64,000 bases of DNA from assembly GCA_963826785.1 (NCBI GenBank), contig CAWGYD010000005.1, positions 160,001 through 224,000 of the forward strand, read 5' to 3'. Position numbers and translations under genes: made by a program. Origin of the DNA: an uncultured delta proteobacterium (GTDB taxonomy: Bacteria > Desulfobacterota > Desulfobacteria > Desulfobacterales > Desulfosalsimonadaceae). Position 1 is the first letter of the stretch. The number at the start of each line of letters is the position of its first letter. This document shows, piece after piece, positions 1-8,734 of this stretch. The notes beneath the pieces are model-generated. The model was not told where the DNA came from, did not search any database, and was given only the letters and a program-made list of their open reading frames with translations.

Positions 1-1
1 C

Positions 2-679
2 CAGGGGTACCTGGCCCAGATCAAAGCCAATTCCGGTGTGGACCTCCGGGCGGACCTGATCGCCAACCTGGGAAGCGAAATGACCATTATCAACATGCCC
101 ATTGAATCGTCGGCCTCCAAAAAGCCGGGCCAGGATCCGTTCCAGCAGGTGATCGCCATCGGCATCAAAGACAAGCAGGGTTTTGAAATGGCACTGGATG
201 GCATTAAATCCATGCTGGGAGCCTCCGAGAACTTTGAAAAAACCGACTATCTCGGCCAGACCCTCTACCGGTTCAAATCCGCTCCGGGAACCGGCGGCCC
301 TGCGCTCGGCGGATTTTCCTACATGATCACCGACGACACGGTGTTCTTCTGTACCGGCCCCGCTACCGGACTGCAGCGGGTATTGTCCTACCAGAAAAAA
401 CCCGCCCGGCTGCTGTGGGACAAAGCCGTTGTCCGCAAGGCGAAGAAGCTGCTTCCCGCCGGGAATGTCGCCTTCAGCTATACGGATCTCGACACGATGA
501 TGGACGCGTTGATCACCGGGCTTGCAAGTTTCAAGACGACCGGGGCGGACAAGTCTTCCGATGCGGATATCGAGCAACTGAAAAAACAGATTGCCTTTCC
601 TTTTTACCTCATCTTCCAGACCTATTCCGAAGAAAATGGAATATTTTACAAGGGCGTTCTGCTTGAAAAAGAAAAGTAA
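2..679 (+). CDS. Hypothetical protein, 5'-truncated by the window edge
   Basis: Frame is open from base 2 to TAA at 679, with protein-like composition; overlaps the next gene. Confidence 0.7.
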   Translation, partial: QGYLAQIKANSGVDLRADLIANLGSEMTIINMPIESSASKKPGQDPFQQVIAIGIKDKQGFEMALDGIKSMLGASENFEKTDYLGQTLYRFKSAPGTGGPALGGFSYMITDDTVFFCTGPATGLQRVLSYQKKPARLLWDKAVVRKAKKLLPAGNVAFSYTDLDTMMDALITGLASFKTTGADKSSDADIEQLKKQIAFPFYLIFQTYSEENGIFYKGVLLEKEK

Positions 680-2972
680 AATCCTTATCGGTTTCATTGC
701 CGCCTGGTGTGCGGTCCAGCTGCTGGGCCTCGCTCCGGCCCGCGCCCTGTGCCTGACGGGACCGGAAGTGGTCAAGCTCGACTGGAATACCCGTGCCATG
801 ACCGCAGCGGATGTCAATGCCGACGGGTTAACCGATATCATCGTGATCGACAATGATACCGCAAGGGTGATGATCCTCTACCAGACCGCGGACGGAAAGT
901 CTCCCGCCAGCACCCGGCGCATCGTTCACCCCGACCGGTGGGAGCCGGTCCTGGAAGACGCCCGTTTTCAGAAAGGCCATGTGGTGACAGGTCTCATGGC
1001 CTTTGACCTGGCCGCAGGCGACTTGAACGGCGACGGGCGGGTGGACCTGGCCTATACCGGGAATACCGTCCCCCTGACCATCCGGTTTCAGGGAGAAGAG
1101 GGTGAGTTTTCCGAAGAATGGACGGACGACCATATCGAGCCGCTGCAGTGGTCTTCCTGTATGCAGATCACCGATATCGATTCCGACGGGTCAAACGAAC
1201 TGATCGTGCTGGCCTCAAAGAACCTTTACGTTTACCGGCTTTCCGAAAGCGGCCGCCCCTATCTGTGGCGATTTTACCGGTTGTCCGACGAGCGGGCCGG
1301 CCGCTTGTGGGTGGCGGATATCAATGGGGACCGCCGCAGGGATATCCTTTACATGGTCGACGATGATGCCAGCCCGGTGATGATCCGGCTGCAGGATGAA
1401 ACATGCGACTTCGGACCGGAAATCCCCGTCCGCACCGGGCAGGCATTCAAGGCCCTGGCCTACCTGCAAGGCGCCCCGGACACCTTCTCCATGGCCGCCG
1501 TTTCATCCGCCACCGGTCTGATCCGGACCATCGGCATCGAACATTCCATGGAAGAAGCGTCCGATTCCATGCAGCTCAACATCTATTCATCCGACATCGC
1601 CTCTGGGAATACGGCCCTCTATGCGGCCGGGGATTTCAATGGTGACGGACTGCCGGACATGGCGGCGGCCGATCCGGGCGGGGCCCGGGTGCTGATCTAT
1701 TTCCGCCAGGCGGATGCCCGCTTTAAAGAGGCGGCGGTTTTTCCCTCCTTTTCTCACGTGTCCGCTCTCAGCACCCTCCGGAAAGGAAAGGATAAGCCAG
1801 ATGCGCTGCTTCTGGTCAGTGAGGATGAGTCGGTGGCCGGTATTTCGGAAATGACGCTTGCATCAAAGCCGCGCCTGAACTTTCCGGTTATCCTTAAAAC
1901 CGGAGCCAAACCCCTGATAGCCGCAGCCATCGAAGCGGACGGCGGCCGGGCAGGGGACGAGATCGTCCTCGTTGAAAAAACGGACCAGGACAGCCTTTTG
2001 AATCTCAGGCTGCTGGCCTTTGAAAATGGGGATGTGAAGGAGATATCGGCAGCCGAATTGAATAACATCCAGCGGGAACCCCGGGATCTGTTTGTCACGG
2101 ATCTCAACAATGACCGTAAAGAGGACCTGCTGATGATGTTTCCCCGGGAACCGGCCCGGATCTTTATCCAGAAAGACGGTAATCTGGTGGAAGTCTGCCA
2201 GGATTCAGCTATCCGCAAAGGGACCCTGGATGATCTGAATCCGGCCCGCCTGGGGAGCGGGGATTCAAATAATGACGGCGCGGATGAACTGCTGGTTTCA
2301 GCCGACGGCTATGTGCGCGCACTGCAGTTGAATGAAAAAAATGAACTGACCATCATCGACCAGTTTAACTCCGCCCATTCCAGCGCGCGGCTGGAGGCGC
2401 CGGAGTTCGTCGATATCGACGGCGACGGCCGGGCTGAACTGCTGGTGATGGTGCCGGAAAAAAAAGTGATCGAGGTGCTCAACCGCCAGGATGACGGGAT
2501 TTACCGCTCCAGGAAGTTCATCGAAATCGGCGACATCAGCCTGTCCGGTTCTCTGATCTACCCGGACCCGGACGGGGTCAGTCTCATATACCTGGGCAAG
2601 GACCGTTTCTGGGAGATGGCCTTCGGACGGGGCGCATGGGCGGGCAAGGACAGGGTGCCCCCCTATGAAACCGACCTGAAGGATGTTGCCTATACCGCCC
2701 TGGGCGCGGGGGAATTCGATGGCGTCGCCGGAGATGACCTGATCGCCGTCGATGGCCAGAACCATGTGCTCGAGCTGCTGACCGCCGAGGCCTCCGCCGG
2801 ATATAAAAGCCGGCTGCATTTCACCATTTTCGACCAGAATCTCAATTACGGCGGGCGCAGGGGATCCACCGACGAGCCCCGGGAGATGCTGATCGATGAT
2901 TTCAGCGCAGACGGCAAAGACGACATCGCCCTGCTGGTCCACGACCGGATCCTGCTGTATATTCAAAAATAG
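636..2972 (+). CDS. Secreted FG-GAP/VCBS repeat protein
   Basis: Hydrophobic N-terminal signal-like segment; many DxNxDGxxD motifs (DVNADGLTD, DLNGDGRVD, DFNGDGLPD, DIDGDGRAE); start uncertain. Confidence 0.85.
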   Translation: MEYFTRAFCLKKKSKILIGFIAAWCAVQLLGLAPARALCLTGPEVVKLDWNTRAMTAADVNADGLTDIIVIDNDTARVMILYQTADGKSPASTRRIVHPDRWEPVLEDARFQKGHVVTGLMAFDLAAGDLNGDGRVDLAYTGNTVPLTIRFQGEEGEFSEEWTDDHIEPLQWSSCMQITDIDSDGSNELIVLASKNLYVYRLSESGRPYLWRFYRLSDERAGRLWVADINGDRRRDILYMVDDDASPVMIRLQDETCDFGPEIPVRTGQAFKALAYLQGAPDTFSMAAVSSATGLIRTIGIEHSMEEASDSMQLNIYSSDIASGNTALYAAGDFNGDGLPDMAAADPGGARVLIYFRQADARFKEAAVFPSFSHVSALSTLRKGKDKPDALLLVSEDESVAGISEMTLASKPRLNFPVILKTGAKPLIAAAIEADGGRAGDEIVLVEKTDQDSLLNLRLLAFENGDVKEISAAELNNIQREPRDLFVTDLNNDRKEDLLMMFPREPARIFIQKDGNLVEVCQDSAIRKGTLDDLNPARLGSGDSNNDGADELLVSADGYVRALQLNEKNELTIIDQFNSAHSSARLEAPEFVDIDGDGRAELLVMVPEKKVIEVLNRQDDGIYRSRKFIEIGDISLSGSLIYPDPDGVSLIYLGKDRFWEMAFGRGAWAGKDRVPPYETDLKDVAYTALGAGEFDGVAGDDLIAVDGQNHVLELLTAEASAGYKSRLHFTIFDQNLNYGGRRGSTDEPREMLIDDFSADGKDDIALLVHDRILLYIQK

Positions 2973-3080
2973 CATTTAAAAATATCATTGTCGGCATCAA
3001 AGCATATGTTCGATTTTTTCCCGGCAGGGGGATCAAGGGAGATACTCTTTGCCATCCAACAGTTTTGAAAGCAGAAACCG

Positions 3081-3737
3081 ATGACCCTCCATACTGAATC
3101 CTGTAATCGCATCATCTTTTGCGACTTTGACGGGACCATCACCGAGAAAGAGTCTTTGGACCGGGTGTTTCAAAAATTTGCCCCCGACGTGTGGAAGCCC
3201 ATGAAAGACGACCTGGTGGCAGGACGCATCACCGTCCGGGAAGCCGTGACCCGCACCATCGATTCCATGGCTTCATCCGATTACCCCGATATCATGGACT
3301 ATACCCTGACCTTTCCCATCCGGCCCGGGTTCGAGGCCCTGCTCGATTTTCTCGATTCACAACAGGTGCCGCTGGTGGTGCTTTCCGGCGGCATTCGCGG
3401 GATGGTGGAAGTCCGGCTGGGGGAGTTGAAAAAACGGGTGCACGGCATATTCGCCGCGGATGTGGACACTACGGGAAAATGTCTGCGCACCGACTCCGCC
3501 CATACCGGGGAAACGGAGCTTGTGGACAAAGTCTCTGTAATGAAAAAGTTTGATGCAGATGAAAAAATCGCCATCGGCGACGGCATCACCGACTTCAACA
3601 TGGCCCGCGCCGCCGACCTGGTCTTCGCCCGGTCCGGGCTGGCCCGGTACCTGGCGCAAAACAATATACCCTTTACTCCCTGGTCGGATTTTTTCGAAAT
3701 CCGGGATGAATTACAACGCCGATTCACCAGGATTTGA
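3081..3737 (+). CDS. HAD-IB phosphatase, MtnX-like
   Basis: DFDGTIT motif I, LSGG motif II, IGDGITD motif IV, ADLVFAR. Confidence 0.85.
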   Translation: MTLHTESCNRIIFCDFDGTITEKESLDRVFQKFAPDVWKPMKDDLVAGRITVREAVTRTIDSMASSDYPDIMDYTLTFPIRPGFEALLDFLDSQQVPLVVLSGGIRGMVEVRLGELKKRVHGIFAADVDTTGKCLRTDSAHTGETELVDKVSVMKKFDADEKIAIGDGITDFNMARAADLVFARSGLARYLAQNNIPFTPWSDFFEIRDELQRRFTRI

Positions 3738-3783
3738 AAATGCCTGAAAACCGTTAATCTGCAATCGCCCGCACGTTTGCGGA

Positions 3784-4218
3784 TCAGGGGCCATCTTTGG
3801 ATATGGCGCCAAACCCGAAATAGGTCCGGATGAAATCCGGTTGATCCTTCTTCTTGAATTCTTCCAGGGACCACTCCTCCCGTGACAGCATGCTTCGATA
3901 CGGCCCCCTCAGCACATAGGTGCATGCGTCCATCGCTGTTTTATCGGCCAGCAAAACCCGAACCCGTGTCCGGTCATACATCTCGCCTTCAAATATATCC
4001 AGCCGACACACAGCACTTTCATCCAGATCAAAATAGACGATCCCGTCCGTTGTTTCACCTGATGCCGGAATCAGGGCGGGGTAGTGTTTTTCCTTGAGCT
4101 TATACCGCGCATAACCGGCCAAACGGGCATTTTCACCGGTATGCGCCCGCCCGGCAGCCATGGCCAGTATCTCAGGGACCATCAGGGTACCGTATGCAAA
4201 CAGGTTCATGATTGCCAT
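3784..4218 (-). CDS. Gamma-glutamylcyclotransferase (AIG2-like) family protein
   Basis: LFAYGTLM N-terminal motif, YPAL, LDxFEG. Confidence 0.85.
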   Translation of the reverse strand: MAIMNLFAYGTLMVPEILAMAAGRAHTGENARLAGYARYKLKEKHYPALIPASGETTDGIVYFDLDESAVCRLDIFEGEMYDRTRVRVLLADKTAMDACTYVLRGPYRSMLSREEWSLEEFKKKDQPDFIRTYFGFGAISKDGP

Positions 4219-4443
4219 CCACGTTCAATTTATAACTATCGCTTCTGAAATCAAACATCTCATGGAAATTTTAAAAGGGCAACTTGAAACCGCCGAAAAA
4301 CCCGGTTCCCTGGGTGTGAAAAATGTCGGGGCAATTAGTCCTTTTATAATGATTAAAAATTATTTATAAAGGATTGATATTTAAGTACAGCCCCATCATT
4401 TTTCGTATGAGCCGTTCATAAATCAACATTCAGGAGGAGGGTT

Positions 4444-5265
4444 ATGGAAGAAATCAGTCATCTTCAGCAGATCGTCACCGAAATGATCGATTTTCTCGTC
4501 CAGTACAGTTTTCAGATCATCGGCGCACTGGTGACCCTGGCGGTGGGAATCTTCATCTCACGGTGGGTATCCGGGCTGGTGGTGGGCCTGTGTCAGAAAA
4601 AAGGGCTGGACGTGACCCTCACCCGTTTTTTCGGCCAGATGACCAAAATCGTGATCATGATTTTTGTCCTGGTGGTGGTCATCGGCAAATTCGGCATTTC
4701 CATCGCACCTTTTATCGCCGCCATCGGCGCCATGCTGTTCGGTGCCAGTTTCGCCCTGCAGGGACCGCTTTCCAACTACAGCGCGGGGCTGATCATCATT
4801 TTAACCCGTCCCTTCGTGGTGGGCAACACCATCGCCGTCAAGGGGGTGAAAGGGGTGGTGGATGAGGTCTCCATGTCTTCCACCGTTTTGTTCAACGAGG
4901 ACGGGGAAAAGATCACCATTCCCAACAAGCACATCATCGGCGAGGTGCTGACCAATTCCTTTGCTAACCGGATTGTGGAAGCCGGCGTGGGCATCTCCTA
5001 TGATGATGACCCCGAAAATGCCATTCACGTGATCGAATCGATCATGGCCGCATACCCGCAGATCGCCGATGCCCCGGCCCCGGTGGTGGGCATCGAGGAA
5101 TACGGGGACTCTTCCATCAATATCGGGATGCGCTACTGGGTGCCCACCCGGGAGTATTATAAAATTCAGTACGCCGTCAACCTGGACGTTTACAAGAAAT
5201 TCAAGGCGGCAAATATCACCATCCCCTTTCCCCAGCGCGACGTGCATCTGATGCCCCAGCAATGA
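4444..5265 (+). CDS. mscS: Small-conductance mechanosensitive channel
   Basis: Three TM helices, FALQGPLSN, RPFVVG, ITIPN, ITIPFPQRDVH; GGAGG RBS. Confidence 0.9.
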   Translation: MEEISHLQQIVTEMIDFLVQYSFQIIGALVTLAVGIFISRWVSGLVVGLCQKKGLDVTLTRFFGQMTKIVIMIFVLVVVIGKFGISIAPFIAAIGAMLFGASFALQGPLSNYSAGLIIILTRPFVVGNTIAVKGVKGVVDEVSMSSTVLFNEDGEKITIPNKHIIGEVLTNSFANRIVEAGVGISYDDDPENAIHVIESIMAAYPQIADAPAPVVGIEEYGDSSINIGMRYWVPTREYYKIQYAVNLDVYKKFKAANITIPFPQRDVHLMPQQ

Positions 5266-5350
5266 AAAACTGCCCGCAGCCGGTTTGCCCGACACCGATT
5301 GCAGCCGTATATTTTTATCCGGTTTCAACATCCGATGGGGAGCAAAAATC

Positions 5351-6208
5351 ATGGCGGAAGGTAAAATCAAGACGCACGGTTTCGGTCGCACGGGCATCGC
5401 GGTGACCCGGGTGGGACTGGGCGGGGAAGGGGTGCTGCGGACATTCGGCAGGTCCGACGAGGCGCGCGGGGTGATCCAGGCGGCCATTGGACAAGGGATC
5501 TCCTATTTTGACTGCGCCCGGGTCTATTCCGACAGCGAGCGCTATTACGGCAGCGTATGGAAGGAAAAACCCGATGTCCGGGCCGGGATCTTTCAGGCCA
5601 GCAAGTCCGCCCGACGGGACCGCCGGGGAGCGTTGACCGAACTGGAAGAAACCTTGTCCCGGCTGAATACCGATCATTTGGACCTGTGGCAGATCCACGA
5701 TGTCCGCACTGAGGCTGAAATCGATCAGATTGCCGGGCCCGGCGGCGCTCTGGAAGCATTTATCGAAGCCCGGCAGCAGGGCCGTGTGCGCCATATCGGC
5801 GTCACCGGCCACCATGATCCGGGCGTCCTGACCCGGGCGGTGACACAATGGCCGGTGGATTCGGTCATGATGCCCGTCAATCCGGCCGAAGGCGTCCTGG
5901 GCGGATTTCTCACCCGCACCCTGCCGGCGGCCAGGGAAAAGGGGATTGCCGTTATCGGCATGAAAATTCTGGGGGCGGGCCAGTTCATCGTCCCCCGGCT
6001 GGCGGTCAGTGCGGAACTGCTGATCCGCTATGCCCTGGACCGGGAAATCACGGTGGCCATCGTGGGCTGTTCCACCCCGGCCGAAGTGGAAACGCTTGCG
6101 GCCATCGGCCGGTCGGGGAAACCCCTTTCCCCGGATGAACATGACCGGCTCGTCAAGATGTTCACGCCCCATGCCCGGAAACTGGCGTATTACCGGGGAG
6201 TGGTGTAG
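5351..6208 (+). CDS. Aldo/keto reductase
   Basis: FGRTG..GLG, YFDCARVY, LDLWQIH, HIGVTGH, GIAVIGMK. Confidence 0.9.
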   Translation: MAEGKIKTHGFGRTGIAVTRVGLGGEGVLRTFGRSDEARGVIQAAIGQGISYFDCARVYSDSERYYGSVWKEKPDVRAGIFQASKSARRDRRGALTELEETLSRLNTDHLDLWQIHDVRTEAEIDQIAGPGGALEAFIEARQQGRVRHIGVTGHHDPGVLTRAVTQWPVDSVMMPVNPAEGVLGGFLTRTLPAAREKGIAVIGMKILGAGQFIVPRLAVSAELLIRYALDREITVAIVGCSTPAEVETLAAIGRSGKPLSPDEHDRLVKMFTPHARKLAYYRGVV

Positions 6209-6216
6209 CCGGCAGG

Positions 6217-8547
6217 TCACCGGCGCATCTCAGTGCAGCCAGTTCCCATGAGTCGCTGCGTTCTTCGATCATGGTTTTGATGAATGTCTCCACCAGTCCC
6301 GGGTCGAAACGGGCGCCCGCATCCTGCCGGAGCTGTTCCGCCGCTTCTTCGGGTGAAAAGACCCGGTTGTAAGGCCGTCTCATGGGTCATGGTATCAAAG
6401 GCGTGAATGATGGCAAATACCCGGTCCAGGTAGGGGATTTCCGTTTCCTTCAGCCCGCGGGGATAACCGGACCCGTCCCATCGCTCCGCATGGGAAAGGA
6501 CTTCATCGCTGATGCGGGCGGTGTCGGCAAAGGAGGTGACGATGCGGTACCCGATTTCCGCATGCTTTTTCAGGACCGACCACTCTTCCTGGGTCAGCGA
6601 GTCGGGTTTGCTCAGGATCGATTTGGGAACGGCCACCAGGCCGATATCATGAAATTCGGTTAAAAGCGCCAGATCTTCCATCTTCTCTCTGGAAAAATTC
6701 AATTCCCGTCCAAATTTTCGCCCCAGGATATGCATGCGGTCGATTTGGATCCGCAATTCCGGTATCGAATCGGTGAGCCGGGAAAAAAGCGAGGAGAGGA
6801 CAAATTCCTTGTTCTCCCGGCTGCCCGCCAGCTTATTGTCGTACATCCGCTGCCTGGCCGTCCGGATCACCCGGTGCGTGTTCTGGGCCATGTTTTCCTT
6901 GGTGGCCGTCCCCAGGGCGATGCTGGGCCGGTTGGTCAGGGTTCGGCCCTGGTTGGTGGCATTGTGGATGCGGTCGCAGATGGCCTCGGCCGTATGCCGG
7001 TCCGTCGCCGGCAGGATAATGGAAAATTCATCTCCTCCCCACCGGGCGATGATGTCTTCATCCCGGCAGCAGACCTTCAGTATTTCGGCCATCCGTTTGA
7101 GCAGGGCGTCGCCTTCATCATGCCCGAACACCTCATTGATCATCTTCAGGTTATTCAAGTCTCCCATTATGATGGAAACCGGAAGCATCCGTTCGGTATC
7201 CAGCCGCGCGGCTTCCTCTTCGAACCAGGCCCGGTTGAACAGCCCCGTGACCCGATCGTGAAAGCTGATATAGCGGATGTGTTCCTCCGCTTTTTTGCGT
7301 TCGGTGATGTCTCGGGAAATCACCAGCACGGTTTCCACCATGCCGCTTTTGGCAAATTCGGGGATGACCCGCCCGCCGAAATGCCGCTCCCCGAAAAGGG
7401 AGTTCAATGAATATTCCACGTTCGTTTCCCGCCCCGTTTCAATGACGGTTTTCACCGCGGTTTCCCAGAGCTGGATCTGTTCTTCGGGCATCCCCAGCTC
7501 GGAGTTGGTTCGGCCGGTGAACTGCTCTTTGGTAATGCCGGTGATGCCTTCAAACGCCGGGTTGACGAACAGGTAGCGCATTTCGCGGTTCAGCCGGAAG
7601 ATGAGGTCCGGTGAATTGTCGATCAGCGTGCGCAATTCATATTCATTGCGCCGAAGCGTCTCCTCGGCTTTTTTCCGCTCTGTGATGTCCCGCCATGCCA
7701 GCACCGCCCCCGTGACCTTTCCGGAAGCATCGTAGATGGGGCCGGCGGTGGTGGCAATGGCGATCATTTGACCATTTGCGGTTTTGAGCATGGATTCCTC
7801 ATCCCGGATCACCTCCCCGCGCATGGCCCGCGACAGGGGAAGCTCCTCCGCCTGTTTAGGGGTTTTGCCATCCAGGTGATAGGGCTCCCATGCAGACAGA
7901 ATATCATTCATGTTTGCCGCCTGAAGATCCTGGATCGGTTTGCCCGTGACGATTTCATTGTATTTGCTCAACACGGTGATCCGCATGTCCGGTTTATCCG
8001 CAAAGATGATCCCCTCGGGCAGATATTCCAGAAGCGCAAAAAGCCGCCGCCGGGCATCTTCGGCGGCATCCCGCGCCCGGGTGAGTTCACGGGTCCGTTC
8101 TTCAACCCGCAGTTCGAGTTCCTGGTTGGTTTTGCGAAGTTCATCCTCGGCGCGCGCCTTTTCCTCCTGGGCCGCTTTCATCCGCAGGGCGTTTTTGACC
8201 GCCGAACCCAGGCGGGTCAGCTTCCCTTTGAGAATATAGTCTGCCGCGCCGGACCGGAGCAGCGCCGCCGCCGCTTCTTCTTCAAGCACGCCCGAAACGA
8301 TGATGAAGGGGATGAACGGATAGCGTTCATGTGCCAGGCGCAGGGCATCCATTCCGTCGAATCGGGGCAGGCGGTAATCGGCCAGGATGATGTCGGGCCT
8401 GAAGCGTTCGAGTTCGGCCACGAATTGTGCTTCTGTTTCCACCCGCCGGCATGCGGGTGAATACCCCTCATCAATCAGGCGCTCTTCATTTAGGTGGGCA
8501 TCGGCTGGATTGTCTTCCAGCATCAGAATGCGAAGGCCGTCGTTCAT
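6217..8547 (-). CDS. REC-PAS-PAS-GGDEF-HD-GYP c-di-GMP protein, frameshifted near the 3' end (~6380)
   Basis: ILMLED..DY receiver, two PAS/PAC domains, RWGGDEF, HDIG, WDGSGYP; the RPY..RFDP tail continues in another frame (ORF 6162-6383). Confidence 0.85.
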   Translation of the reverse strand: MNDGLRILMLEDNPADAHLNEERLIDEGYSPACRRVETEAQFVAELERFRPDIILADYRLPRFDGMDALRLAHERYPFIPFIIVSGVLEEEAAAALLRSGAADYILKGKLTRLGSAVKNALRMKAAQEEKARAEDELRKTNQELELRVEERTRELTRARDAAEDARRRLFALLEYLPEGIIFADKPDMRITVLSKYNEIVTGKPIQDLQAANMNDILSAWEPYHLDGKTPKQAEELPLSRAMRGEVIRDEESMLKTANGQMIAIATTAGPIYDASGKVTGAVLAWRDITERKKAEETLRRNEYELRTLIDNSPDLIFRLNREMRYLFVNPAFEGITGITKEQFTGRTNSELGMPEEQIQLWETAVKTVIETGRETNVEYSLNSLFGERHFGGRVIPEFAKSGMVETVLVISRDITERKKAEEHIRYISFHDRVTGLFNRAWFEEEAARLDTERMLPVSIIMGDLNNLKMINEVFGHDEGDALLKRMAEILKVCCRDEDIIARWGGDEFSIILPATDRHTAEAICDRIHNATNQGRTLTNRPSIALGTATKENMAQNTHRVIRTARQRMYDNKLAGSRENKEFVLSSLFSRLTDSIPELRIQIDRMHILGRKFGRELNFSREKMEDLALLTEFHDIGLVAVPKSILSKPDSLTQEEWSVLKKHAEIGYRIVTSFADTARISDEVLSHAERWDGSGYPRGLKETEIPYLDRVFAIIHAFDTMTHETALQPGLFTRRSGGTAPAGCGRPFRPGTGGDIHQNHDRRTQRLMGTGCTEMRR

Positions 8548-8734
8548 GATATTTCCTCGCGTGGCGGCAACTTGACGATGGTTGAGTTTAAACCCATAAA
8601 CCGCACCACCGCACCAGCAGAAAAATGCATAGGATGCCGTTTACCAGGGGCGCCGGCGACCGGGTGACGGTTGTTCCCATAAACATAATGGTGAAGAAGA
8701 AAATCGTAAACACCATCGCCAGCAAATAGCACGC

